From positions 1 to 31,355 of the IMG/VR virus record IMGVR_UViG_3300034093_000692: a DNA stretch of 31,355 nt, one strand, 5' to 3'. Below the pieces are notes generated by a model that saw only the letters and a list, made by a program, of their open reading frames with translations, was not told the origin of the DNA and ran no database searches. Within the stretch, counting starts at the first letter, position 1. Each line of letters opens with the position of its first letter. Positions 15,825-24,869 of the stretch are shown piece by piece. The translations under genes were made by a program, and so were the position numbers. This stretch comes from a virus (taxonomy: Duplodnaviria > Caudoviricetes).

Positions 15825-16909
15825 ATGAATCCACCAAACCGAAATTGAATCTTCGCGGACCCGAACGGCTGCACGTTGATTACGCTGCGCTCGTTGGGGC
15901 TGTACGCCTCAAGCTCATTCCGAAGCGACCGCAGTGCTAGCTGGATCTCGCGCTCAGCCTCGGTGTACTGATTCCGGTCTTCCTTCTGGATCGCCTTCAT
16001 CATGTGCTTGATCGCCTGGAGGTTCCCGATAAACAGCCAGTCTGAATCAACGATCGCTGGAATGAAGTCCAGACGAACGATCGCTTCCACGACCGTGTTG
16101 GTGCAAGCCTCGTCTGCTGGCACGCAGCCGTCTCCGTTGTCGATGCAGCAGTTGTCTTGGGTGGTGCTGCACGAGTTGGCGCCACCGCACACCTCGGGCA
16201 TACCGACAAGGTAGGTGCGACGATACTCAGGGTTCTGCTCGCTTGGGCCCCAGACTGCAACCTCTGTTTGTAGAAGGGTTGTCGGGTTGTACGCCAGAAT
16301 CGTCAGGCTCCCTTGAGTCAACGGCTTTTGGGCGCCAGTCAGACCTGGCTGCTTGAATAGCTTGCTTGTCTGGACGTAGGCCGAGATGGAAGGGTTTGGA
16401 AGCGTGACGTACTCGCCCCAGACGTATTCTCCAGTGACCGAGTCCAGTGTGCGGATTGGGATTCCATTGAAATCAAGCCCCTGCAAAAGAACGCGCTTAC
16501 CGGCATCGGCTGCTAGCTGTGGTGTCACCCTGAGGTAGCAGTTGCCAACCGAGTCGCGAAACTGCGTCACCATGCCGCGATCTAGCAGCTGGTCTTGCTC
16601 GCATCCTTCCCGGCCGCATCCGGTGCGCGGTGCCCGGGTGTCCGTCTGGAACTCGTACCACTGGTTCTGGATGGGGATGTTGTAGCCGCAGAGGTTCATC
16701 GCCTCAATCGTCTTGACCTCGCGAGGCCAGGTGATGCAGCCGGCGGTGACGCAGACACGCAGCTTCTTGTACGTACCCCACCACTTACCCATGTCCGCCA
16801 AACGAGCCTGAGCCTCGTTGAGCAGCTGGACGAAACGCTCGTCGCAGGTGGCCAGACCGACTGCCTGCGGGATCGTGGAGTTCTTGGCTTGGGCGAGGGT
16901 TTTTCTCAT
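15821..16909 (-). CDS. Putative head-tail adaptor protein
   Basis: N-terminal helices with LLNEAQARL, central beta region, C-terminal helical pair (AIKHMMKA...EREIQLAL); tail operon context. Confidence 0.55.
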   Translation of the reverse strand: MRKTLAQAKNSTIPQAVGLATCDERFVQLLNEAQARLADMGKWWGTYKKLRVCVTAGCITWPREVKTIEAMNLCGYNIPIQNQWYEFQTDTRAPRTGCGREGCEQDQLLDRGMVTQFRDSVGNCYLRVTPQLAADAGKRVLLQGLDFNGIPIRTLDSVTGEYVWGEYVTLPNPSISAYVQTSKLFKQPGLTGAQKPLTQGSLTILAYNPTTLLQTEVAVWGPSEQNPEYRRTYLVGMPEVCGGANSCSTTQDNCCIDNGDGCVPADEACTNTVVEAIVRLDFIPAIVDSDWLFIGNLQAIKHMMKAIQKEDRNQYTEAEREIQLALRSLRNELEAYSPNERSVINVQPFGSAKIQFRFGGFI

Positions 16910-17889
16910 GGGACGTAAGCCGGGTTTAGTGCTGTGGCGTAGACTTTGATCCTGTAATCTGACGCGTTACTTGAGGTTCCAAGCGGAGAAGTCATGTAAG
17001 GAAAAATAATGCCACCAAGTGATGTATTGAACGCCACCGCTTGAACATTAATTTGACCTGGATCGCAAAGATATTTAAACGCGGGAAGATTCGTTGATCT
17101 ATTACATACGAAATGTAAACAATCCACTTCTTGTCCTTCGTACCAATCAAAAAAAACCGTAGGGGTTGGTAGACTATCAGTGAATCTAGTGTATGTTCCC
17201 GGCAATCCAGTTGCGCGAATTAAAACCGCTCTAACCATGAACGGCATCGCGCCAAAACCGTGGTTGAACGGCATTAAATCGCCATTCTGAACGATTGGTA
17301 TTGGTGCTGACGCATAGGTCAAAAACTGCTTTAAACTCAGCCGTGTAAAATCCCGCTTCTGCGTAAGCAACTGGAAATTCACCCCGTCGTACAGCACTGA
17401 AACCACCTGCCCAATCAAGATGTCATTCGCTATCAGTGCCACCGTGCCGTCCTTCGTAATCGTCTTAGCACCCTGGCCATCGACGTTCAACGTACATCCG
17501 GCAGTGTTGGTATGGTTCGCGAGGAAGGTGTAAATCTGTCCGGTCCGATAAGCGGACCCTGGGCTTGGATATGGCGGCGAGTTTATGACTGCGTAAACTC
17601 CAGCGGCGCCGGTAGAGGTGCCAGCAAACACAACTTCGCTCGACAGTCGAATGAACGCGGAATCTCCGGCAACAGCCGAAAACTTCATCACCTCAACTGG
17701 GCGATTGCTGATGTCGGTGCGAAGCCAGTACAGCCCAGTGTTGCCTGGCACAACCTGAGACGTGGACCACTCTGCCCCGGTGTTGATGTTGGCAATCAAC
17801 GCGGCGGCGTAAGCGTCGAGGCGATCCTGTTCGGAGGCGTAGCAGGTTGGTGGCGGCAGTGTGCCGGCTGAAATATCAACGGTTGGCAT
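16906..17889 (-). CDS. Tail fibre / receptor-binding protein (327 aa)
   Basis: YRTGQIYTFLANHTNTAGCTLNVDGQGAKTITK...DILIGQVVSVLYDGVNFQLL is a common tail-fibre module; AT-rich C-terminal tip beginning near FNHGFGAMP. Confidence 0.7.
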   Translation of the reverse strand: MPTVDISAGTLPPPTCYASEQDRLDAYAAALIANINTGAEWSTSQVVPGNTGLYWLRTDISNRPVEVMKFSAVAGDSAFIRLSSEVVFAGTSTGAAGVYAVINSPPYPSPGSAYRTGQIYTFLANHTNTAGCTLNVDGQGAKTITKDGTVALIANDILIGQVVSVLYDGVNFQLLTQKRDFTRLSLKQFLTYASAPIPIVQNGDLMPFNHGFGAMPFMVRAVLIRATGLPGTYTRFTDSLPTPTVFFDWYEGQEVDCLHFVCNRSTNLPAFKYLCDPGQINVQAVAFNTSLGGIIFPYMTSPLGTSSNASDYRIKVYATALNPAYVP

Positions 17890-17891
17890 GG

Positions 17892-20800
17892 CTAGATGCG
17901 GTAAAGGTAGTCGTTTGGCTTACACGGGCCTGGGTCGCATTCAAGCGCCAAACAAGCCTCCGGACAATCGAAATAGAAGAATTGGTTCAGCGGCGCAACG
18001 CATCCCGATGATCTTCCGCTAATGAAAAAGGTCGCGAACCTGCCACCGTTGTTGATCACCAGCGGGTCTCCACTCAAGCGGCGCACCGTGTTGCATCCAA
18101 TCTGGATGTTCTCGACGTACCTTAGGAAGTTCCCGGTTGATGATGTGAACGCGACATTGGGGCCAGGACTCGCGCAGGTAAACGTCGTCAGCGTAGGAAT
18201 CCCAGTCACGATCACCTCGTCGTTGAACGAAACATCGCTGAGCCCCTCAACGGTTGCGTGGTATCCAACGACCATCTGGTGCGCCTTGTTCGTCGTGTAC
18301 GTGGCCACCCCTGCGGTGCGCTGAAATCCGATGGGTTGGATTTCCCAAGGAAAGTCTACCGGGCTATCAATTCCCAGAAGCCCTCCAGTGGTGCTTTCGT
18401 TTACGCCTGGATTTAAGACGGTGAAAGTCGTGGTAGTCGGAGTGGCTATAACCGTGAATTTTCCAATGAAGCTTCCGATGACGGTTTTCAGAATCGTCAC
18501 CTTAAAACCAGGTTGAAGCTCGTGCGCTGAAGCCGTTGTAAACGTCGTTACGCCAGTAAGGCGCGTCGCTGATGTAACAGGAATTTGATAATCCGTTGGA
18601 TAGTAAAAAGCAGACTTATCTACATCGTGGTTGTTAATAAGAAACGGAGCGTTGATCGGAGGATAGGCTGGCTGGTAATACCATGAATCAGGCCCAGACA
18701 ACAAAACGTCGTTGTTTTCAATTACCATGTTCTTATGCGCCGCTGTAAACGGGGAATAAAACTGGGCGTTATTTAGTGCGTAATAATCTACAGTTTGCAG
18801 CGCAATAAAAGAACTAACATTCAACGCTTCATTGTGGTGTAGGTGGGTTCCTTTATGAAAAAACGAATCAACGTAGAAACAAGTTCCAATATAACCATTG
18901 AAATTGTTGTACCTTACCTCTGCATCAACCGTTTCCCTCACCGTCACTGCGTGTAGCGGGCTTTGAGCATCCGGTCTATTCGGTCCAGATATAAATTTGT
19001 TTTCTTCTACGACACAATCCGATGCAAAGATGCGCCGGCTGCGAAGCATCATTACTGTGCCATCTCGGTACAGGCCAGGGAGGACGTTTGGGTTAGCGTT
19101 TGCAGCTGTAAATTTATACTGATCTGGTATGGTAAGAACGGTGTATGTGCCGTTGAATGTCGCGTCTGAAAAACCGCTTACCACCACTACATCACCCACC
19201 CTCAACGTGTGCTTCATCACGCAGGTGTATGTAGCAATTCCGGCCGATCTTGATATGATATTAATCGGATCTACTATTGATGAATATCCGCCAACCACAA
19301 CCTCCGTAACAGCCTCTGCGTTTCCAACGTAAAGTGTTCCTTGAACCGAGTTGCTGCCTTCGTATCCGAACTTATTTCTTAGAACTTTGGCTCCTGGCGT
19401 TCCATCCTCCACCGTCATTGGGAGGAATGTTTTAACCACAAATGATTCTTGGTTCAACGTCCCGTTCCCAAAATCGTAGAACTCGCAATCTTGAATCAGT
19501 GCGTTCTCTCCTGTGTGGTTAATGCCAGCAATAGTGTAGACCGAGTTTGCGCCAGCGTTTACTTGCGGTGTTAGGAGGACATCTGGAGCGGACCATGCGC
19601 GGCCGTTTTGGAGCAGGTCAACGGTGCCTAAGTCTGGAATTGGTCCAATGTTGGTTCCAGGGTTAGCGCAAGTAAACTGAACCGGGCTTGGATATCCATT
19701 TACGACAAACGTCCCGTTAAACGACGCATCGGAAAGACCTTGAATCAGGACGTTTTCTCCGCCCACGAAACCGTGCGGAGTTGCAGTATCGTAAATTGCA
19801 TTTCCAGCTAACCTTTCAAATCCATTAATCTGAACAGTCGTCGTAGGCCCAACATTAACACACAACACCTCGTTGATTGAAGGAAACGATACAACTACAA
19901 ATGTTCCATTTAGCGTTGCGTTTGAAAATCCAGTTACAGTAAACGAATTTCCAATAGTAAAAGGGAAATACCAATTAGGATGGCGAGTGTAAATAGCTTG
20001 ATTTACAGAATTTCTTTTTGCTTGAATTAATACAACGCCAACGTCTCGTTGAAACGAAAATTGAGTGATGTTCTGAACTTGACCATAACCCACAAATGTA
20101 ACATCAGCTCCAGTTCCGGCGGTTATAACATTACTGATATATTGCTGATATATTCCTACGTTTGTATACAACGGAGGAATTGGAGGGACGTATACAGGAG
20201 GTGCCTGTGATGAAAACTGAGTTGTTAAACCATACGGATGAACAAATGCAATAGGTATTGCAGAGTTGTAGGTATTTATTCCGTTAGTTCTCTGAACTGA
20301 TACTATTTTAACATCAGCAACGGAATTGTTTCTGTAATTTCCATCAATAGTAAGACCTTGTATTAAAGTATTTTTGCAATTTGTAGCATCTGCTGGGTTT
20401 CCTTTTACGCTTAAAGGAACTCCAACAACTCCTGATCCAGTGGCGGTCCCGATAGTCTTAATCATCTGGGCGCTTAACCCATACAAATCAAATATCTTTG
20501 TCGATGTATGATCTGCAAACTTAAGGATAGTTTTTCCTGCGCCTTGACCAGTGATCTCAATATTGTTGATCGCCGCATCGTATCCAAGTAGAATTGAGGA
20601 TGTAAATCCTCCGCCAACAAGGTTTATCCATCCATCTTCGGTGACCAATCCAGAGTTTGGTCCAGGAACCGTTGCTGTAAACGTAGTTGAGCTTGGGGTT
20701 GCATCGACGCGGAAGCCATAATAAGTTGCGGGATTTCCGTCAGGTCCGTTGAACGTAGGGTCCGTAAAACCGTACAGCGTAATTTTCTCTCCAACAACCA

Positions 20801-21008
20801 GTCCGTGGGCAGTAGAGGTGTTGAACGTCGCAACGCCTCCGGTGCGGACACGGTTGATAATCTTCGCTCCCGGGCTCGATCCAAGCAGAAACGTGCCAAC
20901 CGGAAAATGGCATTTGCCAGTGAGATTCAAGCATTCACTGATCGCCCACGCGCTGTTTCTTAGTCCGCAGGGATCGGCGCCGTAATCGACTGGATTGTAT
21001 GATGGCAT
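17892..21008 (-). CDS. Tailspike-like parallel beta-helix protein with ~7 inserted FCCH-like beta-barrel repeats (1038 aa)
   Basis: Start moved to ATG 21008, 1 nt after the nozzle stop; NPVDYGADPCG...FPVGTF...ITGQGAGKTILK...IQGLTIDGN pectate-lyase-3-like pattern; repeats R..G.ATYTT..AHG...G..V...G.....FNG.F.V...P....FT. Confidence 0.75.
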   Translation of the reverse strand: MPSYNPVDYGADPCGLRNSAWAISECLNLTGKCHFPVGTFLLGSSPGAKIINRVRTGGVATFNTSTAHGLVVGEKITLYGFTDPTFNGPDGNPATYYGFRVDATPSSTTFTATVPGPNSGLVTEDGWINLVGGGFTSSILLGYDAAINNIEITGQGAGKTILKFADHTSTKIFDLYGLSAQMIKTIGTATGSGVVGVPLSVKGNPADATNCKNTLIQGLTIDGNYRNNSVADVKIVSVQRTNGINTYNSAIPIAFVHPYGLTTQFSSQAPPVYVPPIPPLYTNVGIYQQYISNVITAGTGADVTFVGYGQVQNITQFSFQRDVGVVLIQAKRNSVNQAIYTRHPNWYFPFTIGNSFTVTGFSNATLNGTFVVVSFPSINEVLCVNVGPTTTVQINGFERLAGNAIYDTATPHGFVGGENVLIQGLSDASFNGTFVVNGYPSPVQFTCANPGTNIGPIPDLGTVDLLQNGRAWSAPDVLLTPQVNAGANSVYTIAGINHTGENALIQDCEFYDFGNGTLNQESFVVKTFLPMTVEDGTPGAKVLRNKFGYEGSNSVQGTLYVGNAEAVTEVVVGGYSSIVDPINIISRSAGIATYTCVMKHTLRVGDVVVVSGFSDATFNGTYTVLTIPDQYKFTAANANPNVLPGLYRDGTVMMLRSRRIFASDCVVEENKFISGPNRPDAQSPLHAVTVRETVDAEVRYNNFNGYIGTCFYVDSFFHKGTHLHHNEALNVSSFIALQTVDYYALNNAQFYSPFTAAHKNMVIENNDVLLSGPDSWYYQPAYPPINAPFLINNHDVDKSAFYYPTDYQIPVTSATRLTGVTTFTTASAHELQPGFKVTILKTVIGSFIGKFTVIATPTTTTFTVLNPGVNESTTGGLLGIDSPVDFPWEIQPIGFQRTAGVATYTTNKAHQMVVGYHATVEGLSDVSFNDEVIVTGIPTLTTFTCASPGPNVAFTSSTGNFLRYVENIQIGCNTVRRLSGDPLVINNGGRFATFFISGRSSGCVAPLNQFFYFDCPEACLALECDPGPCKPNDYLYRI

Positions 21009-21009
21009 A

Positions 21010-23049
21010 CTATTCGGAGAGTAGCGGACACGCGACGCGGCTGAGATCGCCGTAAATATCCTCTTGAAGGCGTTGAGCAACCATCGCCACACGTTTGAGG
21101 CGGAAGCGGCCGGTGTTGACGTATCGAAGCTGGAACTCATAGCCATCGCGGGTAAATCCCCCGGTCTGCACGTCGCACTTGTCCGGAGGCTGCGGTAGGG
21201 CAATGCGCGATCTTGCAGGGGGCTGGTAGTATTTGACCTCCTGGCAGTTGATCACCGCAGGAGGGCAGGAAATCTCGCCTGGTTCGCAGTTGCGGTACTT
21301 CGCGCAGTCCTTGATCTCGGCCCACGGATGCCAGCACTCACCCTCGTTAGCCTTGAAGTAGACCTTTGATTCAATGTCGCCCATCACCTGGTCGTACCAC
21401 TGCTCGGCGCTGACAAGGCGCTTCTTGTTTGTAGGTTCACCAAACGTGATCGACCGGGTCTCAATGGTCCATTCGATCGGAGCATCATCGTATCCATCGA
21501 AGTCAAACTGGCCGTTCTTGGTGACCTCAAAGAGACCGATGTCCCCTTGATTCAGTCCAAACATGAAGCAGTGTTCTTGTTTCTGGATTCGGATCGTCAG
21601 CATCTGGAACACATCGACTCCAGTCCATACACCCTCCCATGCCGGCGGCAGCTTCCGGCCCATTCCGGAGACGAGATCGAAGTCTAGGGCTACGACTCCT
21701 CGGTGTACCGTGCCTCTACCGTTGACCTTCTGAGGCTGAATGGTCATCAGCATCCGGTTGTCGAAATTTACCGCGCTGGCTGCGGTCAGGTAAAACTCCG
21801 TGTCGTAAGCTATCGCACGAGTAACCTGCCGGCTAATCGGTGTATTTCCAAACTCAGTGAAGTCGCGTCTGGCGTAGATCAACGATCGGATGCCGTCCTG
21901 AGCACGGAAAAACAGGTCGCCGTTTACCGGCACGATGGATTCGTGGTTGAACGATCCGAAGTTCAGGAGCGCGAATCGCTGGATTGGATAGCTGAGATCC
22001 TTCCAAACATCCCGGTCCACAGGCGCGTTAAACGCGTAAGTGGCGGTCGGGGTAAACACCAGTAGGTCTCCGTCGCCAAGGGACGTGTCCAGGTTGGCCG
22101 CGAATGCCAGCCCCGTGATCGGGCCGTTTGAGACCGCAAAGGCACCGCCTTCATTGATAAATGTGTTCTCGGTGAATCGAATCACGCTGTCCCGGCCGTA
22201 AGCAGGATCTCCGTAGACTAAGTCTCCACCGTAGTATTCCGATCCACTGGCTACCCAAAGGCGTCCTTTTCCGTAAGCCATCGGACCCCCAACTGGAACC
22301 TCATCACTTAATGCTCGTCTCAACGAAGTTCCATCGTAGAGATACGGAGCATTCTGTTGATCTTGAATAATCAGCCAGTTTTCCGCCTGCTGAAAGTAAA
22401 CGTGAGCTGCGCTGGGATTGTTGGTTGAAAGCAGGTAGCCAAAAAAGGCTGGCCCTAGAAATGGCCCAACATCAGCTCCTGGAGAGTATGTCGTGAAGCT
22501 GTCAAAAGTCGGGATGTTTTGGACAATAAAGTCCCCAAAGAACCCAGCTGGCGAGGTAGCCCCAGGAACCTCCGGCAACCTTACTACCATGCCAGGGAAA
22601 AGCCCGTGCGCTCCACCAGTCACGTAAGTCGCAACATTGGCAACGCGACCACGGGTAAAAACGACAAACTGCGAAGCGATTGCGGAGAGATCGGTGACCT
22701 TAAATTTATTTTCGATGTCGATCTTGAAGACCTTGCCGCTAATCGACGCAAAAATGTAAGGGTCTCCGTTATCAGAAACGTATGTTCCGCACCCCTGGAA
22801 CTGGCCTTCTTTAAATCCCGATTGCACCGCAGCGTTGTAGTAACCTCCGTTGTAGAGAACGCTTGGATCGTCAAAAGTCAGCAGTTGGGTCCAAATCCCA
22901 GGTCGCGCTTTCGGGAATCCTCCGCGCACCGTCGTGTTTACCGCCCATGCTAGCTGGTTCGGTTGAATGAGTGAGGGCGAAAAACCGCTATCCACCCCAC
23001 CTTCAGCGGTGAGGAGGCCATCTACTATGCGATTTTTTTCTGCGACCAT
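21010..23049 (-). CDS. Tail nozzle / tail tubular B / P22 gp10-like beta-propeller protein (679 aa)
   Basis: Start moved to ATG 23049; GGVDS..P..IQPNQ...AVN N-terminus, MAYGKGRLWVA, IVPVNGDLFFRAQDGIRSL, IETRSITFGEPTNKKRL, GYEFQLR patterns. Confidence 0.7.
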   Translation of the reverse strand: MVAEKNRIVDGLLTAEGGVDSGFSPSLIQPNQLAWAVNTTVRGGFPKARPGIWTQLLTFDDPSVLYNGGYYNAAVQSGFKEGQFQGCGTYVSDNGDPYIFASISGKVFKIDIENKFKVTDLSAIASQFVVFTRGRVANVATYVTGGAHGLFPGMVVRLPEVPGATSPAGFFGDFIVQNIPTFDSFTTYSPGADVGPFLGPAFFGYLLSTNNPSAAHVYFQQAENWLIIQDQQNAPYLYDGTSLRRALSDEVPVGGPMAYGKGRLWVASGSEYYGGDLVYGDPAYGRDSVIRFTENTFINEGGAFAVSNGPITGLAFAANLDTSLGDGDLLVFTPTATYAFNAPVDRDVWKDLSYPIQRFALLNFGSFNHESIVPVNGDLFFRAQDGIRSLIYARRDFTEFGNTPISRQVTRAIAYDTEFYLTAASAVNFDNRMLMTIQPQKVNGRGTVHRGVVALDFDLVSGMGRKLPPAWEGVWTGVDVFQMLTIRIQKQEHCFMFGLNQGDIGLFEVTKNGQFDFDGYDDAPIEWTIETRSITFGEPTNKKRLVSAEQWYDQVMGDIESKVYFKANEGECWHPWAEIKDCAKYRNCEPGEISCPPAVINCQEVKYYQPPARSRIALPQPPDKCDVQTGGFTRDGYEFQLRYVNTGRFRLKRVAMVAQRLQEDIYGDLSRVACPLLSE

Positions 23050-23092
23050 GACGCTTGAACGTATTGAAAGGCCGCAGCAGCATTCCCGCAAG
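23050..23092. promoter_or_regulatory. 43-bp divergent promoter region between tail and packaging operons
   Basis: Plus: TTGAAC (23055-60), 17 nt, CAGCAT (23078-83), 9 nt, ATG. Minus: TACGTT (23063-58), 8 nt, ATG. Confidence 0.55.
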
Positions 23093-24865
23093 ATGAATGA
23101 AAGCCCAGATTACCTGTCTATACCGTGGCGTACAAAAGACCGTTTTCTCATCGAAGCCGAAATGGTTCGTCGCGGCGGTTACATAATGTCCGGTGGCGTC
23201 AAGTACGGATGCGGGAAATATCATCACTTCAAAGCGGCCATGACGGCGCTTTGGCCTCACTTCGATTGGCACATCTGGTCTGACCTGCTGATTAAGACTT
23301 TCGCGGAAAATCAAGAGGTTGGAATCATGGGCCCAGGATCATCTGGCAAGACCTACACCTCCGCAGCTTTTGGGCTCTGCACGTTCTACATCTACCCCAC
23401 CGGCACCTCGATCATCATGTCGTCAACTACGCGTGAGGGTCTTCAGCTGCGAATCTGGGGCTCGATCAAGGAGTTGCACAACAAGGCAAAGGCTCGCCGG
23501 GAATGGCTTCCTGGGCGCGTTATCGAGAGCCGGTTTATCCTGACCAGTTCTGACCAAGACGCCGAGGCGCAGGACTTCCGAGACGGAATCATCGGTGTAG
23601 CGTGCAAGGTCGGCGGCACGTTCGTTGGTCTCTCGAACTACGTCGGGCTCAAGAACGATCGAGTGATGCTGATTGCAGACGAGGCGTCTCTTATGAGCCG
23701 AGGGTTCCTCGATTCAGTCGCCAACCTTCGCAAGAATCCTGAGTTCAAGCTGATCGCGATGGGGAATCCCAAGGATCGCAACGACGCGCTCGGGGTTGTC
23801 TGTGAGCCGCACTCTACGATGGGCGGTTGGGAAGGCATTGAATACCTTGAGCAAACACGCACCTGGAGAACGCGGGCGCCAGGAGGGGTTGCTGTCCAGC
23901 TATGCGGATACGACACGCCGAACGCAAAGTTCCCGAAAGGCACCAATCCGTACCGAGGCATCATCACGCCAGAGCAGATTCAGGCGGACTTGGATTACTA
24001 CGGCCGAGACTCGTTGCAGTTCTCGATGATGAACCTCGGGCTGCTGCCCCGAGACGGCGGTACACGGCGCGTGGTCACCATGTCGCTATGCGAGCAGAAC
24101 CAGGCGTTCGATGAAATTGTTTGGCAGGGCGCCGACAAGATCACACGAATCATCGGGATCGACGCGGCGTACTCAGGCATCGGTGGTGACCGATGCGTTA
24201 TGATCGACCTTCAGTACGGCCCGGACAGCACTGGACGCATCGTGCTAGCATTCGCTGAGGCCCCGATCGTAATCCCTGTGACGGCCGTCAAAGCGCAGCA
24301 GGCAGAGGAGCAGATTGCCGAGTACGTGCTTCTCTACTGCAAGCAGCGCAACATCCCACCTAATCAAGTGGGATTCGATTCCACCGGACGCGGCACGCTG
24401 ATGTCTGCGTTTGCCCGCCTGTGGTCGCCCGAGGTGGTGCCGATCGAGTTTGGTGGTCGGCCAACGGATCGCCCTGTTCGGAAAGGTGATCCGAAGACTG
24501 AGCGGGAAGCCTACGGCAAGATGGTCACAGCCCTTTGGTACTCGTCGCGCCTGCTGATTGAATCCAAGCAGCTGAGGAAACTCCCTCGGGAAGTCGCCGA
24601 GGAAGGATCGATGCGCGAATGGGGAATCTCCCGCACTGGTTTGATCGACGTGGAGCCCAAGCACAAAACCAAGGAACGCATGGGCCGATCCCCTGATTTA
24701 TGGGACTCCTTTGTGGTCGCACTCGAAATGGCTCGCAGAACGGGATTTGAGATTGCAGGCGGGCAGGGGGTTGGTATTGTCAAGCGACAGACACCAAAGT
24801 GGCTGACACGTCTGTCAGATAAGCGTCGCACGATGGATACTGAGCATTCGCTAACCTATTCCTAA
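23093..24865 (+). CDS. terL: Terminase large subunit (590 aa)
   Basis: Walker A GPGSSGKT, Walker B LIADEA, coupling motif MGNP, nuclease IGIDAA...GDRC, VGFDSTG and C-terminal RSPDLWDS; start moved to ATG 23093 to avoid overlap with the divergent gene. Confidence 0.92.
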   Translation: MNESPDYLSIPWRTKDRFLIEAEMVRRGGYIMSGGVKYGCGKYHHFKAAMTALWPHFDWHIWSDLLIKTFAENQEVGIMGPGSSGKTYTSAAFGLCTFYIYPTGTSIIMSSTTREGLQLRIWGSIKELHNKAKARREWLPGRVIESRFILTSSDQDAEAQDFRDGIIGVACKVGGTFVGLSNYVGLKNDRVMLIADEASLMSRGFLDSVANLRKNPEFKLIAMGNPKDRNDALGVVCEPHSTMGGWEGIEYLEQTRTWRTRAPGGVAVQLCGYDTPNAKFPKGTNPYRGIITPEQIQADLDYYGRDSLQFSMMNLGLLPRDGGTRRVVTMSLCEQNQAFDEIVWQGADKITRIIGIDAAYSGIGGDRCVMIDLQYGPDSTGRIVLAFAEAPIVIPVTAVKAQQAEEQIAEYVLLYCKQRNIPPNQVGFDSTGRGTLMSAFARLWSPEVVPIEFGGRPTDRPVRKGDPKTEREAYGKMVTALWYSSRLLIESKQLRKLPREVAEEGSMREWGISRTGLIDVEPKHKTKERMGRSPDLWDSFVVALEMARRTGFEIAGGQGVGIVKRQTPKWLTRLSDKRRTMDTEHSLTYS

Positions 24866-24869
24866 CCTT

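Noticed and set aside
17149-17156. T8 run in the tail-fibre gene as a phase-variation or frameshift site
   Set aside because: Short run in an AT-rich patch encoding Val-Phe-Phe; the -1 frame hits TGA immediately; no supporting evidence
21009-21203. N-terminal extensions in the ORF track (17892..21203, also 21010..23091, 22967..24865, 997..1557, 25874..28204)
   Set aside because: They overlap neighbouring genes and look non-coding; downstream ATGs give tight packing
17892-22668. Diversity-generating retroelement or invertible tail-fibre system behind the repeats
   Set aside because: Repeats are similar only at protein level; no near-identical template/variable repeat pair, reverse transcriptase or invertase in the window
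206-22953. Numerous plus-strand ORFs of 60-199 aa (e.g. 1424..2023, 10081..10641, 2473..2958)
   Set aside because: All lie antisense to well-supported minus-strand genes and have no recognisable motifs; expected shadows of GC-rich coding DNA
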